Shown: positions 1 through 13,300 of the stretch, one piece after another
Numbering within the stretch: position 1 is the stretch's first letter
Layout of the letters: every line of letters starts with the position of its first letter
Assembly (NCBI GenBank): GCA_905331295.1
Contig: CAJNYD010000322.1
Coordinates: 62,001-126,000 of the forward strand
Direction of reading: 5' to 3'
Source of the DNA: Rotaria socialis
Taxonomy: Eukaryota
DNA: 64,000 nt
Notes under the pieces: model-generated
What the model was told of the DNA's origin: nothing
The model's database searches: none
The model's input: only the letters and a program-made list of their open reading frames with translations
Program-made: the position numbers and the translations under genes

Positions 1-109
1 TATTTTTGCGCACAATTTTATTGCAATTTTTTTTCTATTCAATTAGCGAGTCGTATTTTTTTATGTCAACTTATATACTATTGATATTTATCTGAATGTT
101 TAAAAGGAA

Positions 110-706
110 ATGACTGCAATGCATGCGAATCTACAATTAAATCCAATAGATGAAACAATAGTATCGAATAAACAAACTCGCACACCAAATCTACAAATAT
201 CTAGTACACAACAATCATATCAGTCATTACATAAGATACATAAATATTATAAAGAATTTCAACGTGCATTATATATACTTCAAGCATCTGTTGAAGAACT
301 TTCGTGTCTAGAAATTGAACAATTGCATTATTATGAAACAATATTAAAATCATCATCTAAGATTATGTTTGATTTACAAGTTCCATCGAATTGTCCTTGT
401 CAAGGAGTTTTACCCATTGCTAGTGAATCAAGATGTTCGAAAAATGACGTTACTTCTAGTGTCAATTCACTAATTATTTTTCCATCTGATCCAATAGCTA
501 GCACTCATGAAAAAAATATATTGGACAAAATAGAAATGCCAGATAAAATGTTTCCGAAGATATATTTTAAACAGAAGCCAACAAATAAACTTCTTTCAAT
601 AACTAACAAACGAAAATGCTATGGATTCGATGGCAAGTTCATGAAGTATAGGACAAAAAAAGTGTTAATAAATCTAAACTTTCGATGTTCAAAACATTTC
701 AATTGA
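110..706 (+). CDS. Hypothetical protein (198 aa), no recognisable domain
   Basis: Uninterrupted 198-codon ORF in very AT-rich DNA; converges on the SLC17 gene (stops about 50 bp apart). No motif recognised. Confidence 0.4.
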   Translation: MTAMHANLQLNPIDETIVSNKQTRTPNLQISSTQQSYQSLHKIHKYYKEFQRALYILQASVEELSCLEIEQLHYYETILKSSSKIMFDLQVPSNCPCQGVLPIASESRCSKNDVTSSVNSLIIFPSDPIASTHEKNILDKIEMPDKMFPKIYFKQKPTNKLLSITNKRKCYGFDGKFMKYRTKKVLINLNFRCSKHFN

Positions 707-758
707 CAGAAAGATCCATCAACAGAGTTACCACAGGAGTGAAGTGAAAACATAATAA

Positions 759-2687
759 TTATGCAGTTAAATTCTTTGATACTAAGTCACCAGTAGGTTC
801 TATAACAAAATAGATTAGAGATTAAAAGTTTAGATAAAAAATAATAACATTACCTGATAGAGGTGTCTCTTCTGGTGTGATTGATTCACCACGACGTTTT
901 ACTGCCCATGATTGTATGTCACCTGAGCCAATGAATAAAAATGTAATCATGCCAATTATATAGATAACTGCACAAATGAAGAAGACATAGCGCCAATTGT
1001 ATGCATCCTACATATATATATTAGTAGAATAACTCTGTGTAAAATAAAGAATAGTTAACACTAACTTTTTCTGTAAGAGCTCCGACAATATATGGGCTTA
1101 TAATACCCGGCAATGTAGCAAATGTATTTGAAATACCAAAAATGATGCCTGCATATGCCGGAGCAATATCATTTGCTGTGAGCATAAATCCTCCACCATA
1201 ACAACATCCACTGAAATAAACAAAAAAAACATCTCAATAGACGAATAATGAAAAAATAAATTACTTACGTAAAAGTAACACCAATGGTTAGTAAAGCTAC
1301 AGCAAAATATTTTGTTTTACATGTCATAAATGCTAATCCAATAACAAATAATGCTGGAAATAAGTTTCCTAACACGTTAAATAGCTTTCTTGTTTGTGTT
1401 CTTGTCAAAAATTTTTTTCGAATAATCATATCAGCCACTGCGCCAGATATATTGATATTGAGCCAGAATATAATATACGGTAGTGAGGAGAGCAATCCAT
1501 TCTATATGAAAAATGGTATCATTTTCATGCAATTAAATTAATTTTACGTACTGATTTAATATCAAATTTTAACACTTCTGCCATATATTTTGGAATTGAC
1601 GTAAGAAATGTATACGTCCCCCAATTATTACATGTATGTGTAATAAACAGTGCCCAGCATGCTTTTGATGTTAAAATAGCTTTCCATGGAGCTTTAAATT
1701 CATTTTTATCATGATTTGATAATTGTCCTTGTGTAGCATGTGCAATATAATCTTTTTCTCTATTACTAATACAACGTTGATGACGAGGCGAATCGGTATA
1801 AAAGAAAATCCAAAAAATACCCCAAATAAGACCCATAATACCTGTTGAATAAAAAATTAATGGCCAACCACCAGCAAAACTCCACGAACACATAAGACCA
1901 CCAATAGATAAGGTTACAACGTTACCGATTTGAGCGCCTTAACCGGAAAAAAAGAAATCAAGAAATTTTTATAATTTCAAAAGGAATTTAATTTACCAGC
2001 ATTCATAAAACCGAGCAATTTTCCTCTTTCATCAGGCGGTGCCCAATGTGACATGATAACAGTCATACAAGGCCATATGACACCATGTGCCAGTCCAACA
2101 ATCAATCGTAAAAACCATACTACTCCCCAATGCAGCCTAGCACCCAACGGAATAAGTATTGAAAAAGCACCAGCTATTATCATAGCTCCGCCAAATATAA
2201 GTCGAGCACCATAAACACCAGCTAGATATCCACCTGGTACTTCAGTAATCAAATATCCCCAAAAATAGCCACCCAAGACGAGGCCTTGGATATTTTTTGT
2301 CCAAGGATATGGACCTTCCTATGAATATATTAGAAAAGAAATATAGTAGTAGTATGATGAAAAATTTTTTGTTTTCTATTTCTTACAATTTTCATAGTAC
2401 TATTGAGGAGCGGACAATCAGTATTAATCTGTGTAACTGATGGATTAAAGGAATTTTTCAGAGGATCAATTGATGAATGATTGACCATGCATACGAGAGC
2501 CATACCAATACTAATCTTTTGAGAATAATGAGCAACCATACCAAGAAATCCTACAAAGGCTACGGCAACACGAATGGAACATATAAAAGGGGCTACGAAT
2601 AAAAAAATATCACTCTAAATAAATAAATAAATATATTGATAGATACTATCTACCCGATTTCGGCTGTTTTATATTTGTTTCTTCCAT
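759..2687 (-). CDS. SLC17 family (sialin/VGLUT-like) MFS anion transporter, multi-exon
   Basis: Exon translations include GGYFWGYLITEVPGGYLA, WAPPDERGKL, GWPLIFY, PWKAILTS and NDIAPAYAGIIFGISNTFATLPGII. ATG at 2687 (MEETNIKQPKS); TAA at 759-761; GT-AG introns. Confidence 0.93.
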
Positions 2688-2850
2688 TTTTTCTTTAATT
2701 GATTCGAATTAGATATAAACGAGAATTTCTTCAAAAACGAAACTTTGTATAATATTGTTACTTATATGTAACTTATAGACAAGTAAATATAATATAAGTA
2801 ACACCCTAAAAAATACCCTTCCCTTCTTTCAGTTCGTTGAATCGATTTAT

Positions 2851-2960
2851 TCTTTGCTCGCCTTCAGATTAAATTATTTGTTGGAGCACAAAGAAAAATA
2901 CTCTTTGCTCGCCTTCTGATTAAATTATTTGTTGGAGCACAAAGAAAAATATTCTTTGCA
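2851..2960. repeat. ~51-bp direct tandem duplication (2 copies plus a partial third)
   Basis: tctttgctcgccttc(a/t)gattaaattattt...gttggagcacaaagaaaaata starts at 2851 and again at 2902, upstream of the SLC17 start. Confidence 0.9.
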
Positions 2961-3300
2961 TTCTGTTCTTTTTCAAAATCCACTGTCGCCGAAAGTACTC
3001 ATTGTATTATTTTAGACAACAACAAAAAAAAAAAGAGAAAATGCCAATACAAAGAAAAAGCAAACAGCAATGTCCATGAAGATAAAACATCATTTTGATT
3101 AGATTCTAACCACAAATGCACAACATATGCACACGCACACACACACATGTTATCTGATGAAAAGGAGAAAAGTGAAAAATTGTAGAATCTTTTTATTTTG
3201 CATAGAATTCATTTTGTCAGATGCGCAGCTATCTAAAGAAACGGCATATCACCGGAACAGATGATCGAAAAAAACTGTTGCAGAGAAAAATGGTGTCAGT

Positions 3301-5479
3301 TTATTTGTTGGCAGTATTCATTAACATTCTAGCCTGGGAAAAATGTTCAATATCTACAATACATGGACCTTCCTCAAATGGTTCTCCATCACATTGACAA
3401 GGAAAACGACGTTTCAGTGTTAACTAGAGAAACAAAAATTGTAATAATAACTACATTAGAAAAGCAATATATATATTTACTGTAACTCGACGAGCTTGTC
3501 CAATACGAAATGGATCTGCAAGACCAACTTGCATTTGAGCTATATGAAATGAACTATAAATGCCGAAAACTTCAACTAAACCATCATCAATTCTACATAA
3601 AGAAAACAATTCAACAATCAAAATATAATTAATAGACGTTATGTTTGTGTACTTTTGAACCGGTATATTTTCACCTGCTCCCCAAACACGAACACCTGCA
3701 CCCCATGATGGAATATTTAATATGCAAATTCCTTCTAGTGCTGGAAGATTTTCAATGACTCTTCCGTCCATTTCAAGCTAGAATATTCAATATAATCATA
3801 GATTTAATTTCTAGCAAAAATTTATAGACAAATACATACAATAACATTGTTTTGTAGATCCTTGCATTCTTCTATAATAATAAGAAAAAAAAGCATTCAT
3901 ATTTATATTCATATTCATGAGATGAAAGTTATATATATATACAAAAGCAAAACGTACTCAAAAACGTATCTACTGTTCCATAATGAAAATAATGCAGTTT
4001 ATTAACAAAACGGCTAGCAAAAAATTCTGGTATTTTATCACGACGACGATGGAAATTGAGTGTAACCAAAGCATCGCAACCAACTGAAAAATAATTGGAC
4101 ATACGCATATGCTAAAAAGTAAAGTAGAATACATCGATAATCGACAAATTTGAAGATAAAAACAAAATAAAAATCATACACGCGCAGTGGTTTTTGCTAC
4201 ACCAAAATGTCGAGCATTAGCAGTTATATCTACTGACCATCTGATAAAAAACGAAATCGATTGTTTATGGAAAAAAATATGAAAACATTTTACCTATCAA
4301 GAGCAACAACTTCAGCGGTGAGAAATTTTTTTAAATAAGTGCTAACATCGACAGCAGAATCTTCTCCATAGCCCCATTGTAAAATACGTGCTAAATCATT
4401 GCCTGTTCCCATAGGAAGAATGCCAACAGCAGGTTTTAACTAATGAAAAAATAACGAAATTTTGTTTTGTTCTAACACAAATTTTAACACTTACTCCTGG
4501 TGTCGTATTTTCAATAGTTTCTAAAATCCAATTTACTGTTCCATCACCACCACAAACTAGAATGTAAAATCCAACAGTTGGAAGTGAATTACACCATTCA
4601 AGAATAGAATCAGGTGTAATTGTTGAAATATCAATGACCTAAATAATTAGTCAAAGATAGATTTTTGAAAAAGTCAATATTCAAATTAATTTTACTTGTA
4701 AAGAATTTAGATAAGTTCGGAATGAATTTAAGACAATATCAGTGTTAGCTCCACCCGATTTTCGATTACCAATAACCAATAATGGACACCAACCATCAAT
4801 ACTACATGGTAAAATACGTTCAATTACTGAATGAGCATATCCAACGATTTTCTTATTTCCAGTACGTGAGACAACAGCATTAGGCTAAGCAGAAAAAAAT
4901 AATAATGAAAATCGAATCAATGCTATGTAATTATGTTCTTGTCTAAACTACGTTCCTAATAATACTTACGGGTATAATTAATCGTTGAAATTCACCAAAA
5001 TCACATTGACTTGGGAGAGCTCTCATACATGAATCATGAACGATGCGTTGACACCATATACATCGATAATCACACAGTCTCGGTTCAGCTCCGCATGGTC
5101 GTCGACAAATGATACATTCAGAATCCAATGGTAAATTACCTCGAGTCCATTGATGTTGTATTTGTTCTTGTGAACCAGTCATATGTTTACAATGGTAAAG
5201 ACGTCGAGCAGGACGTACACAACGTTCGTGTAAATAAATGCCACATGATGAACAGTGAAAACCACTTAATAGAGTTGATGAACAAACGTTGCATAGAGTC
5301 GGTTGGATAAGATATTCATCGAATGGCCATAAATGATGAACGTCATCAACAAGACGATGATGACTAAAGTAACGACGGCGACGTCTTGTCAAACAAGAAA
5401 CGATTACAATAAATCCCGTTACGATTGAGCAGAACAATGCAATAGACCAATTATCATCTGTTAAAACTCGGATACGCAT
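3301..5479 (-). CDS. DGKE: Diacylglycerol kinase epsilon
   Basis: N-terminal TM helix, two C1 domains (H...[13 protein letters not shown]...C..C), catalytic [12 protein letters not shown] and [12 protein letters not shown], accessory domain ([19 protein letters not shown]); TAA at 3301-3303. Confidence 0.93.
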
Positions 5480-5615
5480 TATCGATTATGAGATGTAAAA
5501 TACATCTGAAATAAAATAATGAAAAAATTAAGAAAGCATTATGATACATTGAAAGTACAAATAGAAGAAGAATAAGAAAAAGAAATAGATGATTTTAAAA
5601 TATTTAAAAATATAT

Positions 5616-7245
5616 TCAATCATATTTTAAAGATGAATGTAATTTCAAATATTCAGTTAATTTCTCATCCATAGCAGATGCCGATTGAGAATAAAGAAGA
5701 TCAGTAATGAAATTATCTGCTTGACGTAATTCTTCTTTCTCATTTAATAGTTGTTCGTAGTCATTAAATCGAACAAACGGTTCCACTGTTTTATTATGTG
5801 TCTGAATTTCACGTATATGTCCATGAGATCTTGATAAGCTACGAGTTGTTTCTCGTTTTTCTTGTATTTCATTATTTTTTATAATAGAATTTTTCACTTC
5901 ATCAATAGCAATCTCACCATCAACAAGTATCCTTGTTGTATTAGGTCTAACAGAAAATGGAGACGATTGATTAGATGTTTTTGCATGATAAAAAAAATGA
6001 ATGAGTAAACCCATTTCTTGAAAAGGACTTTCATCATCAGTAGAATCATTGTTCCTCTGATATTGCTCTTGGATTTCATTAAGAATACGTTGAGCCGGAT
6101 TGGATGAATTCAAAGCTTTACCAAGAAGATCAACGAAGTTCGATGGAATTTTATCTTCAGAAATGCCTAAAGAAATTCAAAATAAAATTTGACTGATTTA
6201 AATGAAAAGCTAAATACCTGTTTTTAAATACATTTGATAGAGTTTATCTGTCATCATAACCAGGGCATAATCTTGAGGAGAAATATTAAATTTTTCAAAT
6301 CTTGGTTCACATACAAGTGCATTACATCGTGCTTCATTAACATCGTTAGCAGCTGCTGCTGATGAAAGTAATTTTTCCGTTAATTTACTATAAAATAATA
6401 AATATACATATACGAAAGAGTAAAAAAAAAGGTGACCGAATAGCAAAAAAAATAGGATCTTACCCAATGCATCGTGTATATTTAGAATGATTGTTATCCA
6501 AACCTTCATTTTGAACTTGAGCAAGATTAACATTAAGTTTTTTTAATCGAAGACTTTCATCCTCATTATCAATTGTATGTAATGAACCTGTATGATAGTA
6601 TTGTGGTCGATTATTTGATACCTGTAAATCACCATTATTATTCGATATGAGAAACATTCGAATAGTTCCTATATGAACATAACTATAAATACTAGAAGAA
6701 TCCTTTCTAAAAAGAAAAGAAAAGGATTACTAACCAACATATGCTATGTAAACTTTTGATTGTGTAACAGTAGCAGCACATAGAAACGCACCCGATTGTG
6801 CTTCATCTAATGAAGGCAAACATTTTTCAGCCGTACCATCACGTGATGAACTCGATATTGCTTTTTCTTCGGCACGATCAAATGCCATTTGTAATAGACG
6901 ATTTTCAGTTTCATAAAATATTTGTTGCATACCATCACTAATTTTTTTCTTATATGAATCGTTATCGAATGATACTTGACTCAATTGTTCAACAAGCATA
7001 TTAACACAGACATCTGATGCGATCATATTTGTATCAATTGGATCAACAAGTGCATAAACAGCCATTGTATTGTCATTCCTTCGGAGACGACACACACGTG
7101 GAACGACTGTTCGTTGCCGATTGTCTGAAAAACTACCATCATGCGTACGATTTTGTCTTATTTTTGTAGCAACAAATGTATGTGGACATGGTATAAAATT
7201 TGACAAATTGCTTGCATTCGCTGGCGTGATTATCGATGATGCCAT
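5616..7245 (-). CDS. TAB1: TAK1-binding protein 1-like PP2C-fold pseudophosphatase
   Basis: KVYIAYVG, HTIDNEDESLRL, TRCIG and LVMMTDKLY resemble TAB1 (LYVANVG, HTTENEDELFRL, TRRIG, LVLMSEGLY). C-terminal VEPFVRFNDY resembles the TAB1 VEPYVDF TAK1-binding segment. Lacks the canonical PP2C DGH motif. Confidence 0.8.
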
Positions 7246-7727
7246 AGCAGTAGTACCAGTGGCTATCTGAAAGTACTTTTATAAATGATGTTAGGCAATT
7301 ACGTTTGAGTGAAGAATCAAAGAAAAAAAACGGTAAATCATTAAATTACAGTCTATCAATAAGAAGAAGAAGCAACAACAAAAACAAACAGAACTCAAAA
7401 AAAACAACATGAGCGAATGATCACAAAACTGTAGACAAACAAAAACACAACAGGAACAAATACGTTGAGTGGAATTTAAAAAAATATCAATACGTATATA
7501 TAAATAATATGAAAAACCTTTTTAGGGTTTTTTTCTCTTTAACTTTGATTGCACTCATTACAATTTTAGCATGCAAAACTGACTAGAATATTGAAAGCAA
7601 GAAAGACATACCATAATGTAAACTCTCTAACCATCAATTAAAAACATCTTTGATAATCTTGTAACGCTCAGAAAAAAAAACATTAAATTAGTGTCAAAAG
7701 CATATTTTCAATTATTATTTTTCCTTC

Positions 7728-9171
7728 TCATAGTTCGGTGTGTTTTGTCAGACATGTTTTGAATGTATGTTCAAGTCGATAGATACTCGTAGATAATTGA
7801 GTAAAACCATTGATAAGTGAAACAAGCTCCGAACGTTGTAATTGTATTGGATTTTCTGCGAAAAGAATTTTCAATGATGTACCTGCAACAGAAACAGAAA
7901 TAAAAGTAAATCATAATGATCAGTAAATGTGACTTCTATTGTTTCTTCTTCTTACCCAATGCTTGTATTTGTAATTTTCCCCATAATTTACATTTATCAC
8001 AACCAACACAATCTATTATTCGACTTATATTATGAAAATGTTCTTTAAATTCAATTTTTAATTGTTCATTTCCATCTTGAAATAAATCATTTTCATTGAA
8101 ACGATTTGAAAATGGTTCTATTTCTTTTAATAAATGATCTGTTATTAATTTTTTCGTATGCAAATCATCGGTCTCATTTCCAGTAAAATATTTTTGACTT
8201 TCTAAATAGTCTCGCGCTTTGTAAATAGCACGTAATTCAATTAAATATATAAAATAAAGATTTTTTAACCAGGTTGGACCTTCTCCACCAGTTGTTTCAG
8301 GATCAAAACGATTTTTAAATTCATCAAGATTTGGAGCCCATCGGCCATCTAAACCTGTGTAACCACCATTTTTTATTGGAAAAAAATATTGAGCGCATAA
8401 ATGTATGCTTATACTTGAATGAAGACCAGAAACGAGACGATAAAATGTACGTCCTTCAAGACACATTTTATTTGCGTTCAAACGTTTCTGTCTTAAATTA
8501 TAATAAGGTATTGAATCAGGTAGAAAAAAACAATTTTCATTATAAATAGCTGACCAAATTCTCTGTGTTGATACACCTGAATAGCCAGTGTAACGTTCAA
8601 TATTAATTAATAAATCAATATATTCAAGTTCAGTCGATGTTTCATCATCGACATCGCAGAAATTTTCGGATTTCATATCATCAAATTTCATCCAATCTTC
8701 AATTGTTTGTTTATGTTCTTCACTTAAATTTTTATCAACTAAACCAAGCGATGAATTTGTATCTGTGGTTGGACACTCTACTTGATTTGTTTCATCTTGT
8801 TTTGTATTGATCCGTTCACTGGGTTTATTACTATTAAATTTTTCACGTAAATTTTCTGGTAAGGTTTCCAGTGAACACGCTTTTATTGCACATGTTTGAA
8901 GTGAACATTGTCCATCTTGAGGCCAAAATTGACATGATTTTTTCAAATTAATTGGAAAAAATCGGAAATAATTTTTCTGTACTATTTGGCGTAATAATGG
9001 ATATAAACGTTGATTATTAATTTGATTTAAGTCTGAGATACGACAATTGCAATCATCAACCATATCATTATTACGAGATAATTGGCATTCATCGTTCGTG
9101 GAAATAATATTTATGTAACAACCACAGATATATATTATCATAAATAAAAGCGAGATTTTTTTAAAAGTCAT
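7728..9171 (-). CDS. ERO1: ER oxidoreductin ERO1-like, 2 exons, ends in HTEL
   Basis: Signal peptide, ERYTGYSG, FYRLVSGLHSSISIHL, RIIDCVGCDKCKLWGKLQ (CxxCxxC). Last exon reads GTSLKILF...KHTEL* with TGA at 7728-7730. Confidence 0.95.
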
Positions 9172-9650
9172 TTCTGATTGTTATCAACAGACAGGATTTA
9201 TAGACAAATAAATAAAGTAAAATAAAACTTTTTTTTTCACTAAATATAAAGTAAAATGATTGTTCTACGTGTCAAGTCGATATTGATTCATAGATGACTG
9301 TACACTGAAGATAGCCACATAGACATACATAAAAACGAAAAAACGATGCAACTCAGAACCTCCAATCAGTAGTATTCACGACACATCAATTTGTCAATAG
9401 CAACAACCAATACTTATATAGAATAAATACAACATTTATCTATGCATACTTACTCATATTGGTTACTCGGTAAATATGCCGATAGCGCTAAAATTCTATA
9501 TGATATAAAAAGACCAATGAAAATAGATCTCTCGATTTGTTTATTTAAGGTCCAGTTTAATTTTTTTTTATCCTTAATTATATCTGTGGCAAACAGGAAA
9601 CAAACGAACAAAACTAAGTCAATTAGCATCCGTTAATATACAAACAAAAT

Positions 9651-10147
9651 ATGACTTTTACATTCGTTGCTGTTGCGTATATTACTGCACTTATTCTTAC
9701 AGCTTTACTTATCTTTTTTGCTATATGGCATGTAAGTTTTTATTTTCATATGCGTTTGAAATAGATGAGATAAAAATATTTCGTTTTCCATAGATAATTG
9801 CATTCGACGAATTGAAAAATGATCATAAAAATCCGATTGAACAATGCAAATCATTGAATCCATTAATCATTCCTGAATATGGTACACATATATTTATTAA
9901 TTTTCTATTTCTGTTTGGCGGTGAATGGTTAACGTTATTTTTTAATATGCCGTTAATTGCATATCATATAAATAAATTTCGCATACGTCCTGTTATGAGT
10001 GGATTCGGTGTGTATGATCCAACAACAATAATGAATGCTCAAATACTAAATTTAGCACAACGTGAAGGTTGGATTAAACTCGGCTTCTATATGATCACAT
10101 TCTTCTATTATCTTTATTGTATGATTGCTGAACTTATTCGCGAATAG
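9651..10147 (+). CDS. CNIH: Cornichon homolog (ER cargo receptor), 2 exons
   Basis: Exon 1 MTFTFVAVAYITALILTALLIFFAIWH from 9651; exon 2 from 9794 IIAFDELKNDHKNPIEQC..LNPLIIPEY...YDPTTIMN...EGWIKLGFY. Confidence 0.95.
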
Positions 10148-10344
10148 ATCAAAACATAAAATTGAATATCTATATCAAAATGAAACTCATTAAGTTACTC
10201 TTTCTTGATGATGATTTTTTTTTGTGCTTCCATGAACAACAAAAATGGACCCAGCAAAATATTTGTGTTATGTTCTTTTTCTTTTTCTTTTTCTTTGTCT
10301 TTGTCTTTGTTTCGTCTATGAAAATTTTCAATACATTGTTCTAG

Positions 10345-13300
10345 ATGACAAATAATCAATCTGGTTATTTTCTTAAATTATCATCTCAACCAATTATTTT
10401 CGAACCGATTAGTAATGGCACAAGTGTTTTCTATGATAAAGATAATCAACAATTATTTTGTGTTCGTGGTTCAGGAGCCATGGGTAAGAATAAATAAAAA
10501 TAACATCTAATCGTTTTTCTAGATCGAAATGTCTTATGAACAAGAAGAAAATACTGATAGTTTTCGTTTTACTCGACGTAAAAAACAGAATCGTTGTATT
10601 ATATCAAATTCAATAATAAGTGAAAATCAATTGAACTTAAATCAAGAACAATTAATAAGAAATATTGAAAATAAAATTGAAATGATTTCTTCGACTTATT
10701 TTTGGAAACAGTTTGAAAGTTATTTTCTTGAATGGATTAATAATCAACTAACATCAATCGATATATTATGTTATGGCCTTGGTCATATAAGTTCATCAAT
10801 ATCTTCACAATATCAATATGCATTATTGAAATTATTAGAAAAAACATTTCAAACTAAAATTCAAACTATTTATCTTTATGATCCAATTTGGACAAAAGAT
10901 GAATACAAATTTCTTCGAAATAATAATTCATTTTCAAAATATGAAATCTTAAAAGAAAATAATCAAGCTTATCAAACAACAAATTGTTCATCATTTATTT
11001 ACATACCATTTTGTTCAAAACCTATACATAACAATTTACTCTATTCAAATTGGAATAGAAAAAATTTGAAAGAAATTTTATTTTTTGGAAATAGTCTTGA
11101 CAAATTTGCGAACGAAATACAGTTTGATCAAAAGAAATTTTTCTATATCTACCAAGCAGCAAGTTTTGCCGGTGAAAAATCTTTGCCACTATTTGAACAT
11201 TATACAAATGCTTTCAATGAACAAGTGTTAACATCGTTTGACCGGACTAGTGTACCGATAATCAATGAAAAAGAAATTGTACAATTAAAACGAGAAAAAA
11301 TTAAAAAAATGATTGATAATAAAAATCAATTAAAAAAAATAACCATTGAACAGCTATCAGACGAGATTTGGTCTTTACATATTAAACCGATCTATTCCAC
11401 TGAGGACGAAATTGTTGTAAGCTCTGATTGTAATAAAAAATAAATAAACATAACCTTGTTATCTTGAAATGAAAAGATTTTTTTTTAAGTAAAGAAATAT
11501 ACATTTTATTTTTCTTTATTTTTAGGCGTGACGGTGAAAGGAAATCGCCATGAACAAGCCTATTCATTTCGTCTCGAAGACAAAGGTGCAATACAATCTA
11601 TTAAATTCAATCCTGATCTTTCTGTATTAGCAATAAAACGCAACTCCAATTCAGTTGAATTCCTTAATTTTGCCCCTATTCCGCAAACAAATTCATCATC
11701 GCGCACATCAATGTCAACAGCAACTACAATACTTCAACCAGATACTATTGAATATTCGCAGTTATCAAAAACAAAGCCAAACAAGTTCTATGATTTCAAT
11801 TGGTTGTCAGATAAAGAAATTGTTTTTGTTACCGATCAGGCAATCGAACATTATTTCTTAAATGCTGAAAAACGAACATTACGTCCTCTAAAACATCAAC
11901 TGATAATAAATATAAATTGGCAATTATTTTCACGTGAAATGAATATTTTACTTATATCAGCTGGTTCACCATCTGGAAATGCATTAACTCCATTTTCTTT
12001 CCATAAAATGCAGCAACAACAACTAGTTAAATTACCTAAATTTGAAGTTGATTTACCACAAGCACAAACAATGAATCAACGATCAAATTCAGTAGCATCG
12101 AATGCGTCTACTCAATCAGCAAGTAGACGATGTTCTGAACTGACGGAACGTGATTGTATGCTTGCTACTATCTATGATAAAGCTTATCTATTGGTTATTC
12201 GTCAAGTATTCAGAGTTGCCGGTTAGTACGTTTGTTTCACCTTGTAATAGTTGTTTCTTTTTTTGCATCTATTTTAAATGGCATTGAATGATTGACCATA
12301 AAATGAGACAATATTTCTTCATTAAATAGCAATAATAATATTATGACAATTCCATGAATGATTTAAATTCTTTTGAAATTTTAGGACAAGGTTCAGTTGA
12401 AGTCGTACTCTATCAAATAGAAGCGGATCATAAGCCTGCTCAAAAACGTCACATACTACGACTCAATTTATATGGTAAATGTGCATTAAATGTTGTCGAT
12501 AATCTTATTTTAATTCATCATCAACCAACAAAAACAACTCACATTTATGACATAGAAGAAAGTTCTACTTCTCAATATGACGGTTTTCAAACTATACATG
12601 AACCATTGCTGGCTCAACTTTGTATTCAACCAATTAATGTTAATTGGCAGTTAGCTTCTTCTTCCATAGGAACGCCATCGACACCAATTGAACTTTATTC
12701 ATCGAATTGGATTGTCTTTTTACCAAATGTTATTATTGATGTTAAGATAGGTTATTTATGGTATTTAGTAGTTCACTTAGATATTTTGCTCGATCTTATA
12801 CCCGAGCGGTTACGTTTAATTGATATTCTATTAAGAAGAATAAATGGTAAAGCATCAATATTAACTTTACTTCGAACTTTATTAACAAATGTAATTGCAC
12901 CCGTACAAATCGATTCAAATAATATATCAAATATTAGTTCGTGTAATGTACTTGATTTATGGATTGATATGATTGATCGAATAAATCGTGTTTATGTTGA
13001 GAAATCGCCAAATCGTCCATTACTAGATCAATCAGATATATATTCTGTTCTTTCATTGTTTTCAACGATTGTATCAATATCATCAATAGGTAGTACGACA
13101 ACGCATCATCGTTCATTATCCATAGCATCAAATGATACAGTATCAGATGATAATCATCAAACAAAAACATTAAAATTTGCTACAAGTATTGTTATTGAAT
13201 ATATTCGTTCATTGAATGGTTTTAATATTCCAGTCGATTATTTTATTTATGAATTACTTGTTAATTTACTTGTCAAAAATAATCAATTCTTCCAACTTCA

